A stretch of DNA of 38,459 bases from Natronincola sp. (GCA_012838515.1 DUPA01000012.1:1-38459); one strand, 5' to 3'; numbered from the stretch's first letter, positions 17,840-26,273 are shown. Program-made: numbers and translations. Notes: a model not told the origin generated them from the letters alone.

Positions 17840-18026
17840 AGGTTTGCTGAAAACTCAAGGTTACTTGAAGTGCGGCCGGCGTTTTATCAAGACTTAAATC
17901 AATTAAGGAACAGTCTTCTAATTCGGGATGCACCCTTCTCAAATCTTTAATTGTTTCGCGAACATCCTCAAGTAATTGCTGGGCAGAATTATAACCAACC
18001 GCCGTTTTATAAACAAATGATGTCAT
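17838..18026 (-). CDS. Hypothetical 62-aa protein
   Basis: ORF with a GGGGGAGGAG SD upstream of its ATG and its own terminator. I recognise no family. Confidence 0.4.
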   Translation of the reverse strand: MTSFVYKTAVGYNSAQQLLEDVRETIKDLRRVHPELEDCSLIDLSLDKTPAALQVTLSFQQT

Positions 18027-18099
18027 TTTATCTCCTCCCCCATAAAATCTTCATATACTAGTATGTGCAAAAGGGACGAGCTTTATTCCTAAAATAACA

Positions 18100-19179
18100 T
18101 TATTTTTTTCTGCCAATAAGATTTGGTCTAGTAAATAGCTTTACACCTGTTGGAAGATGAACATTTAATTTATAGGCGGACTTGCGGGCAGAAACCCAAC
18201 CCAAACCACTTATGGTGAGATCCTCGCGAGGTTGTAACTCAATAAAGCTTTGTTCCCACGAAGAAATTTCACTATCCTTTTGGAGCCATTTTTCTAGGTG
18301 TTTTGTAGTAGACTTCTGCCAAGCGACTCCAGATCCGGTAAAAGCGAGCAATACACCTTCATCTTTACTTTCAATACATTCTATTGCACATAAACCGGGA
18401 ATCAGAATAAGGTCATCTGGCTTGATAGGATACAAGTGGGAGGTTAACTTCTTATGGGGAATGATCTTTTCGGCAAGTTCAGGACTTACTAGGTCACTTA
18501 TCCGACCTTGGGGAACATAGCCCGGAGAATCTGCCAAAATAAGGCCTCGGGGGAATTCCCAGTGAGACATGCCCACGGTTGTGCCAGGATAGGGGGAAAC
18601 AGTAGGCTCATTTTTTTGTTTCTGACCCCCAAAGATTGGCATCTTTATCAATCGCTGCAATACACTTGACTTACCAACATTGGTTACTCCCATAAAGAGA
18701 ACTTTCTTACCCAAAAATCTAATTTCATTAGCTAACTGCTGGAAACCATGACCGGTATTGGCACTCACGAGAATGAATTTTGGCGCCGACAAATTAAATT
18801 CGCTTAAACGACCTTCAGCCCATCTTTTTAATTCCTCAAGAGAAGTCTCATCGGGCACCAAATCTATTTTGTTTAGTGCTAAAACTACATCCTTTTTTCC
18901 AATCAATTCAAGCAATTCGTGCGGTAACCCGGCTTCGAAATCTAAGATATCCACCACTAAAACCACGCCTGTACTCCAACGAATTCCCATATTAATTTCA
19001 TCTAAGGACCGGTCAGCTTGGACAGGTCCTATTTCGTCTTTTCCGTAATGATTAATTCTAAAGCATCTTCTACAAAGCTGCGACCCTTGTGTATATTGGT
19101 TTTCCGGTATATAACCAAACTTATCCGCATCAATAATCTGTAAAAGGGCACCACAACCCCGGCACTTTCTTTCCACCAC
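18100..19179 (-). CDS. yqeH: Ribosome biogenesis GTPase YqeH (circularly permuted GTPase)
   Basis: N-terminal Zn finger CRGC...CRRC. The permuted G motifs run NKIDL (G4) ... GVTNVGKSS (G1) ... DSPG (G3). I propose the GTG start at 19177-19179, one nt after the yqeG TAA, with an AAGGAG SD. The track ATG at 19218 is the alternative. Confidence 0.85.
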   Translation of the reverse strand: MVERKCRGCGALLQIIDADKFGYIPENQYTQGSQLCRRCFRINHYGKDEIGPVQADRSLDEINMGIRWSTGVVLVVDILDFEAGLPHELLELIGKKDVVLALNKIDLVPDETSLEELKRWAEGRLSEFNLSAPKFILVSANTGHGFQQLANEIRFLGKKVLFMGVTNVGKSSVLQRLIKMPIFGGQKQKNEPTVSPYPGTTVGMSHWEFPRGLILADSPGYVPQGRISDLVSPELAEKIIPHKKLTSHLYPIKPDDLILIPGLCAIECIESKDEGVLLAFTGSGVAWQKSTTKHLEKWLQKDSEISSWEQSFIELQPREDLTISGLGWVSARKSAYKLNVHLPTGVKLFTRPNLIGRKK

Positions 19180-19180
19180 T

Positions 19181-19717
19181 TTATTCTCCTTTTCCTCGCA
19201 TATGTAATAATTCAGCATTCACTAATCCCTTTTTTGCAAAATGTTTCAAAATTTTTGTTTCAAGTTTACGAACTAACTTAGTAATGCCCAATTCGTTTGT
19301 ACTCAAAGGGTTAACTAAAATCGAATAAAGATTTAATCGATTAGCCCCAAAAATATCCGTTAACACTTGATCACCAACAAACGCCACTTCTTGAGGCGGC
19401 AGATCAAGCATCCGCAATCCTTTTAAGAACGCCCTTTTCATGGGTTTCATTGCTCGTCCCACAACCGGTACCTCCAAGATCGCGCCAAGTTCTTCTGCGC
19501 GATTTTTCAAAGCATTAGAAACTAGACAAACTACAAACCCCTGTTCTTTAGCGTCCTTAACCCAGGTTTTTAGTCCCTTTTGTATTTTAGTTTCACCCCA
19601 AGGAACTATGGTGTTGTCAATATCAATTAGTAGCCCGCTAATGTTACGTTTTCGCAATTTGTCCAAATCTATTGTGGATATTTCTTCAATAATTAAATCA
19701 GGTACAAATACTTTCAT
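19181..19717 (-). CDS. yqeG: YqeG-family HAD-IIIA phosphatase
   Basis: 178 aa with HAD motifs LLIDIDNT, VSN, and GDQVLTD. Conserved yqeG-yqeH pair. Confidence 0.85.
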   Translation of the reverse strand: MKVFVPDLIIEEISTIDLDKLRKRNISGLLIDIDNTIVPWGETKIQKGLKTWVKDAKEQGFVVCLVSNALKNRAEELGAILEVPVVGRAMKPMKRAFLKGLRMLDLPPQEVAFVGDQVLTDIFGANRLNLYSILVNPLSTNELGITKLVRKLETKILKHFAKKGLVNAELLHMRGKGE

Positions 19718-19746
19718 AACAACTCCACTTTCATCTGTGATGACTA

Positions 19747-19755
19747 ATTATAGCA
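19747..19755 (-). promoter_or_regulatory. Candidate extended -10 element (TGCTATAAT) for yqeG-yqeH
   Basis: The minus strand reads TGC TATAAT about 30 nt upstream of the yqeG ATG. The -35 (TTCTAT/TTTCTA) is weak. Confidence 0.35.
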
Positions 19756-19779
19756 TAGATTTTATTTAATAGAAAATAC

Positions 19780-19814
19780 TAGCAACAAACTAGGTCCCCC
19801 CTTTAGGAGGGACC
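19780..19814 (-). terminator. Candidate terminator overlapping the sigK stop
   Basis: The minus strand reads GGTCCCTCC-TAAA-GGGGGGACC (a 9-bp stem including one G-U pair) followed by a T-rich but interrupted tract, TAGTTTGTTG. Confidence 0.45.
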
Positions 19815-20504
19815 CATTGCACTTAATAGTTTTCCTAAAGCCCTCTTTTCAATACGGGAGACATAAGAACGGGAAATGCCTAAAAGTTTACCTATTTGCC
19901 GTTGTGTCTGCTGTTCTTGACGACCTAATCCATATCTCAGTTCTAAAACCTTTTGTTCCCGCTTTGATAAACAATGAAATGTTTCTGCTAAACGCCCACA
20001 GTCGAGATTTAAAACTACCTCATCCAAAACAACGTCACCCTCTGAGCTGAGAATATCTATGAGGGTGATCTCGTTCCCATCCCTATCCGAGCCGATGGGA
20101 TCGTATAGCATTACTTCTTGACGAATCCTTTTTGTTGAACGAAGATGCATCAAAATTTCATTTTCGATGCATCTTGCCGCGTAAGTAGCTAAACGTGTTT
20201 TCTTTTGTGGATTAAATGTGTTAATAGCTTTGATTAAACCAATAACACCTATGGATATTAAATCTTCTGTATCTTCCCCCGTATTATCAAACTTTTTAAC
20301 CATATGTGCTACGAGGCGAAGATTGCGTTCGATGAGAATGTTTCGCGCTCCGTCATCACCTGCTTCTTTTTGTGCCAATAATCGTTGTTCTTCCTCCGGA
20401 CGCAGAGGTTTGGGAAAAGCACTTCCGCTCGTGACGAATGAAGCAAGAACCCCCACTCCCTGGAATAGCCACAAACTTAACGCACTTAACAAAGAAGAAA
20501 ACAC
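19803..20504 (-). CDS. sigK: RNA polymerase sporulation sigma factor SigK (pro-sigma-K), uninterrupted
   Basis: 233 aa. SAFPKPLRPEEE, NLRLVAHMVKKFDNTGEDTEDLISIG, ATYAARCIENEILMHLR and GISRSYVSRIEKRAL closely follow B. subtilis SigK as I recall it. A ~22-aa hydrophobic pro-sequence is present. GTG start. Confidence 0.85.
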   Translation of the reverse strand: MFSSLLSALSLWLFQGVGVLASFVTSGSAFPKPLRPEEEQRLLAQKEAGDDGARNILIERNLRLVAHMVKKFDNTGEDTEDLISIGVIGLIKAINTFNPQKKTRLATYAARCIENEILMHLRSTKRIRQEVMLYDPIGSDRDGNEITLIDILSSEGDVVLDEVVLNLDCGRLAETFHCLSKREQKVLELRYGLGRQEQQTQRQIGKLLGISRSYVSRIEKRALGKLLSAMGPS

Positions 20505-20542
20505 CCTTCGGTACCCCCTTTTTTTAAACGATCAAGTGTTGC

Positions 20543-20571
20543 ATTCTATGATCGAGGGATACAGAATGTGC
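20543..20571 (-). promoter_or_regulatory. Candidate SigE/SigK-type promoter for sigK
   Basis: The minus strand reads gcACat (AC at 20569-20568) - 17 nt - CATAGAAT (20550-20543), matching the AC-N17-CATAnnnT pattern of mother-cell late promoters. Confidence 0.35.
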
Positions 20572-20577
20572 CTGTTC

Positions 20578-21060
20578 TTATTTTTTTAATTTGAGATATT
20601 TTCGAAGAGGGTTAACTAAAACCAAGGCTAGTAACATGCTTACCCCACCTTGTAGAAGGTCCCCCGGAACAGATGTTAATGCCGGCGCCCAACCGTAATA
20701 TAAGATACCCACCAAAAAGTAACCCATAACCATGACCAAGGCACCGAGTAGTACGCCGCCCGCTTCGGCTTTACGGCCTTTCCACGCAAGCCAGCCCGCG
20801 AAAAAACCTTCTGCACCTTTAATGAAAAACGTCCATGGTGCCCAATGCGCATAGCCTAAAAGTAAATCGGCCAGTGCAGAGCCGAAAGCACCTGAAATTG
20901 CACCCACCACCGGACCAAACATAAGCCCCGCCAAAAACACAATAGCGTCTCCCACATTGACATAACCCTTAACGCCGGGCAAAGGTATATTCACCACCAT
21001 TGTTGCTACGGCCACTAATGCTACTAATAAAGCTGTCTGTATCATCCTTTTTGAATTCAT
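20578..21060 (-). CDS. ECF-transporter S-component-like membrane protein (substrate unknown)
   Basis: 160 aa with ~5-6 TM helices. The glycine-rich pattern LAGLMFGPVVGAISGAFGSALADLLLG is typical of ECF S components. No EcfA/T genes are nearby. Confidence 0.6.
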   Translation of the reverse strand: MNSKRMIQTALLVALVAVATMVVNIPLPGVKGYVNVGDAIVFLAGLMFGPVVGAISGAFGSALADLLLGYAHWAPWTFFIKGAEGFFAGWLAWKGRKAEAGGVLLGALVMVMGYFLVGILYYGWAPALTSVPGDLLQGGVSMLLALVLVNPLRKYLKLKK

Positions 21061-21174
21061 TTAATTCATTTCCCTTCCCCAAGAAATTAAATTAGATTTA
21101 AAGTAATTGAGCATAATAATTCTTCAACTACTCTCAAGATCCCTTTACTTATCTACATCTGTGTTTCTACTCGA

Positions 21175-21200
21175 ATAAAAAAAGCCACTTTCGTGGCTTC
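21175..21200 (-). terminator. Rho-independent terminator after the ArsR/coiled-coil pair
   Basis: The minus strand reads GAAGCCAC-GAAA-GTGGCTT followed by TTTTTTATT. Confidence 0.7.
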
Positions 21201-21223
21201 AAAACTTATGATTTTTGCGGTTC

Positions 21224-21532
21224 TCATTTTTTGAGCTTAAAAATCTCCTCTTTCAACCATTTATTCTCGATACGTAGTGCACGGTAGGCCCGTTCATATT
21301 CTTCGTTCTGTCGTTTAAAATCCTGTGCTTCACGAACAGCATTATGTATTTTGGTCTCATAGTCATGCACCAAGCGGGAAAGCTCTAAAAATGCTTCCTC
21401 ATTATGTTTAATTTTAGCTTCTAATTCTTTTACAGTAATATTGTCTTTAAAAGACTGAAGTCCGGCCCGCCAAACCATGGGAATCGCTTTCCAAATAGAT
21501 GAGGCCTTAGTTATTTCCTTGATTTTTTTCAT
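21224..21532 (-). CDS. Hypothetical 102-aa coiled-coil protein
   Basis: ORF with a GGGAGG SD. A heptad-like charged helix runs from ~residue 35 to the end. Lies 44 nt downstream of the ArsR gene. Confidence 0.45.
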   Translation of the reverse strand: MKKIKEITKASSIWKAIPMVWRAGLQSFKDNITVKELEAKIKHNEEAFLELSRLVHDYETKIHNAVREAQDFKRQNEEYERAYRALRIENKWLKEEIFKLKK

Positions 21533-21575
21533 TAAAGCCTCCCACTTAAAAAGGAAAAATTTTGATAGTCCAAAA

Positions 21576-21872
21576 TCACTCTGCCTTAGCTAAAGGTTTT
21601 GCTTGGAGAAAACAATCGATCTCGTTATTTACCCAACTACGAAGATCAGTTGATAAAGAATAATAACTCCAAGTATATTCCGTACGCTTTTTAATTAAAC
21701 CTTCGTCATGCAATCGTTTAAGATGATAAGATACTTTGGGTTGATTAATCCCTAAAGCTTGCGCCAAGTGCCCCACGCACATTTCCTTCTTCTTCAACAA
21801 AAGGATTATTTGCAAACGAATCGGGTCCGCTAGTACGTGGAAACGCCGGGCGGATTTTCTAATTTGTACCAT
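21576..21872 (-). CDS. ArsR/SmtB-family transcriptional regulator
   Basis: 98 aa. LADPIRLQIILLLKKKEMCVGHLAQALGINQPKVSYHLKRLHDEGLI is a winged-HTH of the ArsR type. Confidence 0.8.
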   Translation of the reverse strand: MVQIRKSARRFHVLADPIRLQIILLLKKKEMCVGHLAQALGINQPKVSYHLKRLHDEGLIKKRTEYTWSYYSLSTDLRSWVNNEIDCFLQAKPLAKAE

Positions 21873-21888
21873 AATCCAACCCTCCCTG

Positions 21889-21900
21889 TGAAAAGTTTCA
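21889..21900. promoter_or_regulatory. Palindrome TGAAA-AG-TTTCA, possible ArsR operator
   Basis: A perfect 5-2-5 inverted repeat lies between the predicted -10 and the ArsR SD, at about +1 to +12. Confidence 0.25.
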
Positions 21901-21907
21901 TAATCCC

Positions 21908-21936
21908 ATTGTAGCCTTATTTTACCATTAAATCAA
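21908..21936 (-). promoter_or_regulatory. SigA-type promoter of the ArsR operon
   Basis: The minus strand reads TTGATT (21936-21931) - 17 nt - TACAAT (21913-21908). Confidence 0.5.
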
Positions 21937-21966
21937 GCCCAAAAACAAAGGAAGGGAGTGAAAAAA

Positions 21967-22206
21967 TTAAAGCATGCGTTCTTCTATTTTCTTAAGTAGG
22001 TGAACGGTGCCTACTTCACGTGCCAGTCGCCTTGAAAGTTTATAACAAAATGTTGCCAATTGTTGCTCGCCCTTTTGCATATACTCATCGCCCATCCTGA
22101 GGAGTCTTTTAATCTTTCTCCGTGGTTCTAAGGGCATTTTAACAACAAAATTTATTTTTAACCTTTGCCATTGTTTAGGCGGTTCAACGTCCATCGTCAA
22201 TTTCAC
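21967..22206 (-). CDS. Hypothetical small basic protein (79 aa or shorter)
   Basis: Has an ORF only. A possible TTGCGA-17-TATTAT promoter lies upstream at ~22239-22267. No family recognised. Confidence 0.35.
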   Translation of the reverse strand: MKLTMDVEPPKQWQRLKINFVVKMPLEPRRKIKRLLRMGDEYMQKGEQQLATFCYKLSRRLAREVGTVHLLKKIEERML

Positions 22207-22302
22207 GCTCCACTAGTATACTTTAATAAAAGAAATAATAGCATAAATAAAATATTTTCGCAAGCTAAAAATGAAACGCCCAAAACACCGGTGTCAAGCT
22301 AT

Positions 22303-22833
22303 CTATTGGGCCAATCCCTTGCTATATGCTTGGTAAGCCCGATTTAACCAAAAAACTGCAATTGTGTATACAGGTATGGTGAATATCCTTGTCACCAAGC
22401 GTGTGGGAAGTAAAATAAAAAAGCCTTTTCCGTATAAAATTGTTAACCATAGAGTGTTCAAAACGACACCGGCAATCAAATCGGTTGCAAATACCGCACC
22501 CCCGATTCTCCAAATAGTGAGATTGTCCTTGCGTTTATGTAAAAAAACACCGGGCAAAAATCCCGTTATTGCTGCACTTATGGCAAAGCCGGGGAAAAAC
22601 GGGCCTCCAAACTGGTTAATAAGATATCCAATCACATCGGAGGCAATCCCTGCAATTGCCCCCGCTAATGGTCCAAACAATAAACCGGCTAAAATCAATG
22701 GAACTTCCCCAAGCGTGATGCGCAGACCGACAAAACCGGCAATAGGTATCCCTATTCCAAAAACACGCGTCAGAACAATGGACACAGCAGTTAGCAAGCC
22801 CACATTGGCGGCTTGCCTAACACTAAAATTCAT
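22303..22833 (-). CDS. folT: Folate-family ECF transporter S component
   Basis: 176 aa. VSIVLTRV...RITLGEVPLILAGLLFGPLAGAIAGIASDVIGYLI...FFPGFAISA matches the FolT family pattern. Starts 11 nt after the pmbA stop. Confidence 0.72.
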   Translation of the reverse strand: MNFSVRQAANVGLLTAVSIVLTRVFGIGIPIAGFVGLRITLGEVPLILAGLLFGPLAGAIAGIASDVIGYLINQFGGPFFPGFAISAAITGFLPGVFLHKRKDNLTIWRIGGAVFATDLIAGVVLNTLWLTILYGKGFFILLPTRLVTRIFTIPVYTIAVFWLNRAYQAYSKGLAQ

Positions 22834-22844
22834 TAATATACCTC

Positions 22845-24200
22845 CTAGTCACCTGAAACTGCCAAACTCTTAATAATTAGCGAAGGCGAGCCCATACTTC
22901 CGAAAGATCCGGGAACATCAAATTCGAGATCCGAACCAATTATCTCCACATTTTGCAAAAGTTCGAAGAAATTCCCCGCAATAGTGATCTGGTCAACTGG
23001 TTTTGAGATTTCCCCATCTTCCACGAGATATCCATAAGCACCTAATGAAAAATCCCCCGAAACGGAATCTGCACCGGAGTGGGTTCCCTGAACGCTTATG
23101 ATTATCAAACCGGTATCCAACTCGCGAACTAATTCGTTAAAATCTTTTTTACCGGGTTGAATAAAGAAATTTGTAGGTGATATGCTCACGGTCGATTTAA
23201 ATGATGGTCGCGATGCATTGCCGGTGGATTCAACGCCATCTTTTTTGGCTGTTTTTAAGTTATGAAGATACGTGGTTAATTTTCCTGAATCGATTACCTT
23301 TTTAGTTTTCGTTGCCACCCCTTCTCCGTCAAAAGGAGCAGATGCCCCCCCGTGAACAAGTAGTGGATCGTCAACTAGTGTCACTATAGGGCTGGCAATA
23401 TCAGTATTTAGCTTGTTAGCCAAAAGGGACAGACCCTTTTGGACATTTTCTGCAGAGAAAACCGAGGCGAAGGTACCTAAAAGTTCGCGAGCCACATCAT
23501 ACCTTAGCAAAATTCGGTAATCTTTCGATTTAACTGTGCCTGCATTAAGTAAGGAAATTCCTTCTTGGACAGCTTCTTCTGCAAGATATTTTGCATCGAA
23601 TTTTGACCAATCCGTGCCAAAGAAATATCGGGTTCCTGTTTTCACTTGCTCGCCTTCTTGTACAACCGCCGACACTATGCCGTAAGCACCATTACTTCTA
23701 AAAGATTGCTCCAAACCTTTGGTATTTGCGATATATACCTCGCCCTCACTATATCCCGTGGCAGCCCAATTAACCATTGAAACGCGCTCGTCTGCGGCCA
23801 AGGCGTATTTTTCTAAATCTAATGCAGACTTTATTTTTTCAGCGGTGGGAAGTTCGGCAAGAATCTCGTTAAATGCTTCTATTTTTGGATAATTAGTGGC
23901 ACCGGCAAAAAATTCTATTTCATCATCGGAATCAATTATCTGCGCATTTGCCTTTGCCTTTGCAATCAGAAAACTTACAGAATCTTCATCTAAAGTTTCG
24001 ACGTACGCATAGCCGACCTTTTGTCCGTACCTACCTCTAAAGCCTATACCCTGCACCACACTGAGACTATAATCATCAACGTCCTCTTGGTAGGCTTTAA
24101 CCCTAAAAGCTTTGGAGCGGGTCGCATATATCTCCATATCACTCAAACCTTGTTCCTTACCTGCACTAAAAACCAGTTCCTTAAATTCTTTAAAGTCCAT
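22845..24200 (-). CDS. pmbA: TldE/PmbA-family metalloprotease partner subunit
   Basis: 451 aa of the TldD/PmbA fold lacking the HExxxH motif. C-terminal GDFS.GA.G. pattern. Its start overlaps the tldD stop by 1 nt. Confidence 0.85.
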   Translation of the reverse strand: MDFKEFKELVFSAGKEQGLSDMEIYATRSKAFRVKAYQEDVDDYSLSVVQGIGFRGRYGQKVGYAYVETLDEDSVSFLIAKAKANAQIIDSDDEIEFFAGATNYPKIEAFNEILAELPTAEKIKSALDLEKYALAADERVSMVNWAATGYSEGEVYIANTKGLEQSFRSNGAYGIVSAVVQEGEQVKTGTRYFFGTDWSKFDAKYLAEEAVQEGISLLNAGTVKSKDYRILLRYDVARELLGTFASVFSAENVQKGLSLLANKLNTDIASPIVTLVDDPLLVHGGASAPFDGEGVATKTKKVIDSGKLTTYLHNLKTAKKDGVESTGNASRPSFKSTVSISPTNFFIQPGKKDFNELVRELDTGLIIISVQGTHSGADSVSGDFSLGAYGYLVEDGEISKPVDQITIAGNFFELLQNVEIIGSDLEFDVPGSFGSMGSPSLIIKSLAVSGD

Positions 24201-25591
24201 TATTCTGCCTCCTTTCGCCCACCTACTGTTAGTTCGGATACGCGAATAGTTGGTTGGCCCACATCCGCCGGAATACTACCACTTAGTGAACCACACATAC
24301 CTTGCCCGGTTGCTAAGTTCGATCCTACCATATCTATTTTCTGTAAAACATCACTTCCACGACCGATAAGAGTTGCACCTCTAACGGGTTTTTCAATTTT
24401 CCCGTTGCGCACAATATAACCTTCTGCAACCGCGAAGTTAAATTCGCCTGTGGCAGGATTTACGGATCCCCCACCTAGCTTTTTAGCATAAAGGGCGTGT
24501 TCTGTGTTGCTAATAATTTCCTCACGTGTTGACGTGCCCGCACAGATAAATGTATTAGTCATACGAGATGTAGGTGCAAATTTATATGATTGACGGCGAC
24601 CATTTCCCGTTGGATCCATGCCCATGCGTCTTGCATTAAGTTTATCGATCATATATCCCTTTAAGATACCATTTTCAATTAAAACATTTCTCTGGGTCTT
24701 CGCACCTTCATCGTCAATGTTTTGCGAACCCCAAGCATTAGGGATGGTACCGTCGTCAACCGCCGTAACCAGGTCGCTGGCAACCTTTTCTCCGATTTTA
24801 CCTGCGAAAACAGATGCACCCTTGGCGACAGCAGTCGCCTCTAGACCGTGCCCGCAAGCCTCGTGAAAGATGACTCCACCGAATTCATTTTCTATGATCA
24901 CCGGGTATTTGCCGCTGGGGGCATAATCTGCGTTTACCATGGTTACCCCGCTGCGAGAAGCATCCTCCGCATATTCTCTTACATCGATATGATCGAAAAA
25001 TTCGAATCCCATATGGGCGCCGGGTCCATTAAATCCTGATTGTTTTTCATTTCCTTTTGTGGCAATGGAGTTGATGGCTAATCGTGTTCTAACGCGGCGA
25101 TCTTCTATCATTAAACCTTCTGAATTAGCAATAAAGACCTTTTGATCTTTGTCCAGATAATTAATTATAACCTGACTAATTTGCTCATGGTAATTAGACG
25201 CCGCGTGATGGGCTTGCTTCATAACATCAACCTTGTCTTTTTCCTTAACATAATTGGGATTTAACATAATAGGGTGATGTTTATGAAAACATTCTCGTGC
25301 TAAAACAATACTTTTTATATGCGTTGTGCCTTTTAAGGCGGCTGCGGCTTCTAAAGCCACCTTCATTAAATTATCTCTGCTCGTATCATTTGTATAGGCG
25401 TAAACGCTTTTAAAGCCCAAAAAGATCCTGATTCCCAACCCATAGTCTCGACCGCTAACACCTTGTTCAATGGCTCCATCAACCATCTTTATGCTTGTAT
25501 TAAAAGTATCTTCAGCAAATATCTCAGCGAAATCGCCGCCAGAGGATAAGGCAGCAAGCAATACATCTGTAACCAACCTTTCGTTAAGCAT
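24200..25591 (-). CDS. tldD: TldD metalloprotease
   Basis: HEACGHGLE (HExxxH) and the GxC motif GMCGSLSG. The start is trimmed to the ATG at 25589-25591 (MLNERLV...), with a GGGAGGG SD 6 nt upstream. Confidence 0.88.
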   Translation of the reverse strand: MLNERLVTDVLLAALSSGGDFAEIFAEDTFNTSIKMVDGAIEQGVSGRDYGLGIRIFLGFKSVYAYTNDTSRDNLMKVALEAAAALKGTTHIKSIVLARECFHKHHPIMLNPNYVKEKDKVDVMKQAHHAASNYHEQISQVIINYLDKDQKVFIANSEGLMIEDRRVRTRLAINSIATKGNEKQSGFNGPGAHMGFEFFDHIDVREYAEDASRSGVTMVNADYAPSGKYPVIIENEFGGVIFHEACGHGLEATAVAKGASVFAGKIGEKVASDLVTAVDDGTIPNAWGSQNIDDEGAKTQRNVLIENGILKGYMIDKLNARRMGMDPTGNGRRQSYKFAPTSRMTNTFICAGTSTREEIISNTEHALYAKKLGGGSVNPATGEFNFAVAEGYIVRNGKIEKPVRGATLIGRGSDVLQKIDMVGSNLATGQGMCGSLSGSIPADVGQPTIRVSELTVGGRKEAE

Positions 25592-25659
25592 AAAAAGCCC
25601 TCCCTTTATTCTGTGATATAATAACATAACCAATCTTAATTTTAGAAAGGATATAAACT

Positions 25660-25845
25660 ATGCAACCAAATGATATTATCTGGAGATTACAAGAGCGTAT
25701 TAACGAATTACAAAATCTATGCCAAGAATCAATTAATGAGCTTCATCCTAAAAAAAATGCCGATTTAATTTCCAGCATCGAAGAGTGCGAACGTCTATGC
25801 CGAACGCAAACAAATATAATGAATAGAATCGCTAAGCGTTATTAG
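25660..25845 (+). CDS. Hypothetical 61-aa helical protein
   Basis: ORF with an AAAGGA SD 8 nt upstream. It is divergent from tldD and its 3' end overlaps the convergent DUF123 gene by 4 nt. No family recognised. Confidence 0.35.
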   Translation: MQPNDIIWRLQERINELQNLCQESINELHPKKNADLISSIEECERLCRTQTNIMNRIAKRY

Positions 25846-26273
25846 CCTTCCCCGCTTTTTATTTGAAATATGGGAACTTTAATAAAATGTGCAGGACATC
25901 TACAATCAGAAGCCCCAAAGCGGGGCACCGGGTAAAACGCGCCCGGGATTTTTAATAATTCCTGTGCTAAGCGGCACTCACCATCTTTTGGTTGATTTAA
26001 ACTGACAACAGAGCCCAAAAACGGCGCCTGTGCCCTAAAATAATCAATGTGCCAGTGCAAATTCTTCTTTACCCGTTCATGCCGCTCTAGGCGGCTATAT
26101 AAATTACGTTGTGCACTACCACAATAGGCGTAAATCCCAGGTGTAAAAGAAAAAGTTCCTAACTTACCAATTGTTATTTGTTTGCTCTCGGGAAGGTAAA
26201 ACCAAAGCACATATACTCCGCGTGCCTTTGAAAACCTATCATTATCAGTCATAGAAATAAAACCATCCTTCAC
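25842..26273 (-). CDS. DUF123 / GIY-YIG (Uri) superfamily nuclease-like protein
   Basis: 143 aa. GVYVLWFYL...GIYAYCGSA...RLERH...LHWHIDYF is the DUF123 GIY-YIG-like signature as I recall it. Confidence 0.6.
   Translation of the reverse strand: MKDGFISMTDNDRFSKARGVYVLWFYLPESKQITIGKLGTFSFTPGIYAYCGSAQRNLYSRLERHERVKKNLHWHIDYFRAQAPFLGSVVSLNQPKDGECRLAQELLKIPGAFYPVPRFGASDCRCPAHFIKVPIFQIKSGEG

Noticed and set aside
21061-21174. Possible riboswitch in the leader of the ECF S-component gene (and before folT at 22834-22844)
   Set aside because: I read both strands and found no convincing conserved riboswitch core (THF, preQ1, TPP, cobalamin) and no terminator/antiterminator pair. The folT gap is only 11 nt.
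22364-22873. 169-aa plus-strand ORF opposite folT; likewise 24021-24419, 11221-11637, 33862-34275, 37482-37907, 29866-30306 and other antisense ORFs in the track
   Set aside because: Each is fully embedded antisense in a gene with clear family motifs. The translations are Pro/Ser/Thr/Arg-rich with no recognisable domains. They are shadow ORFs.
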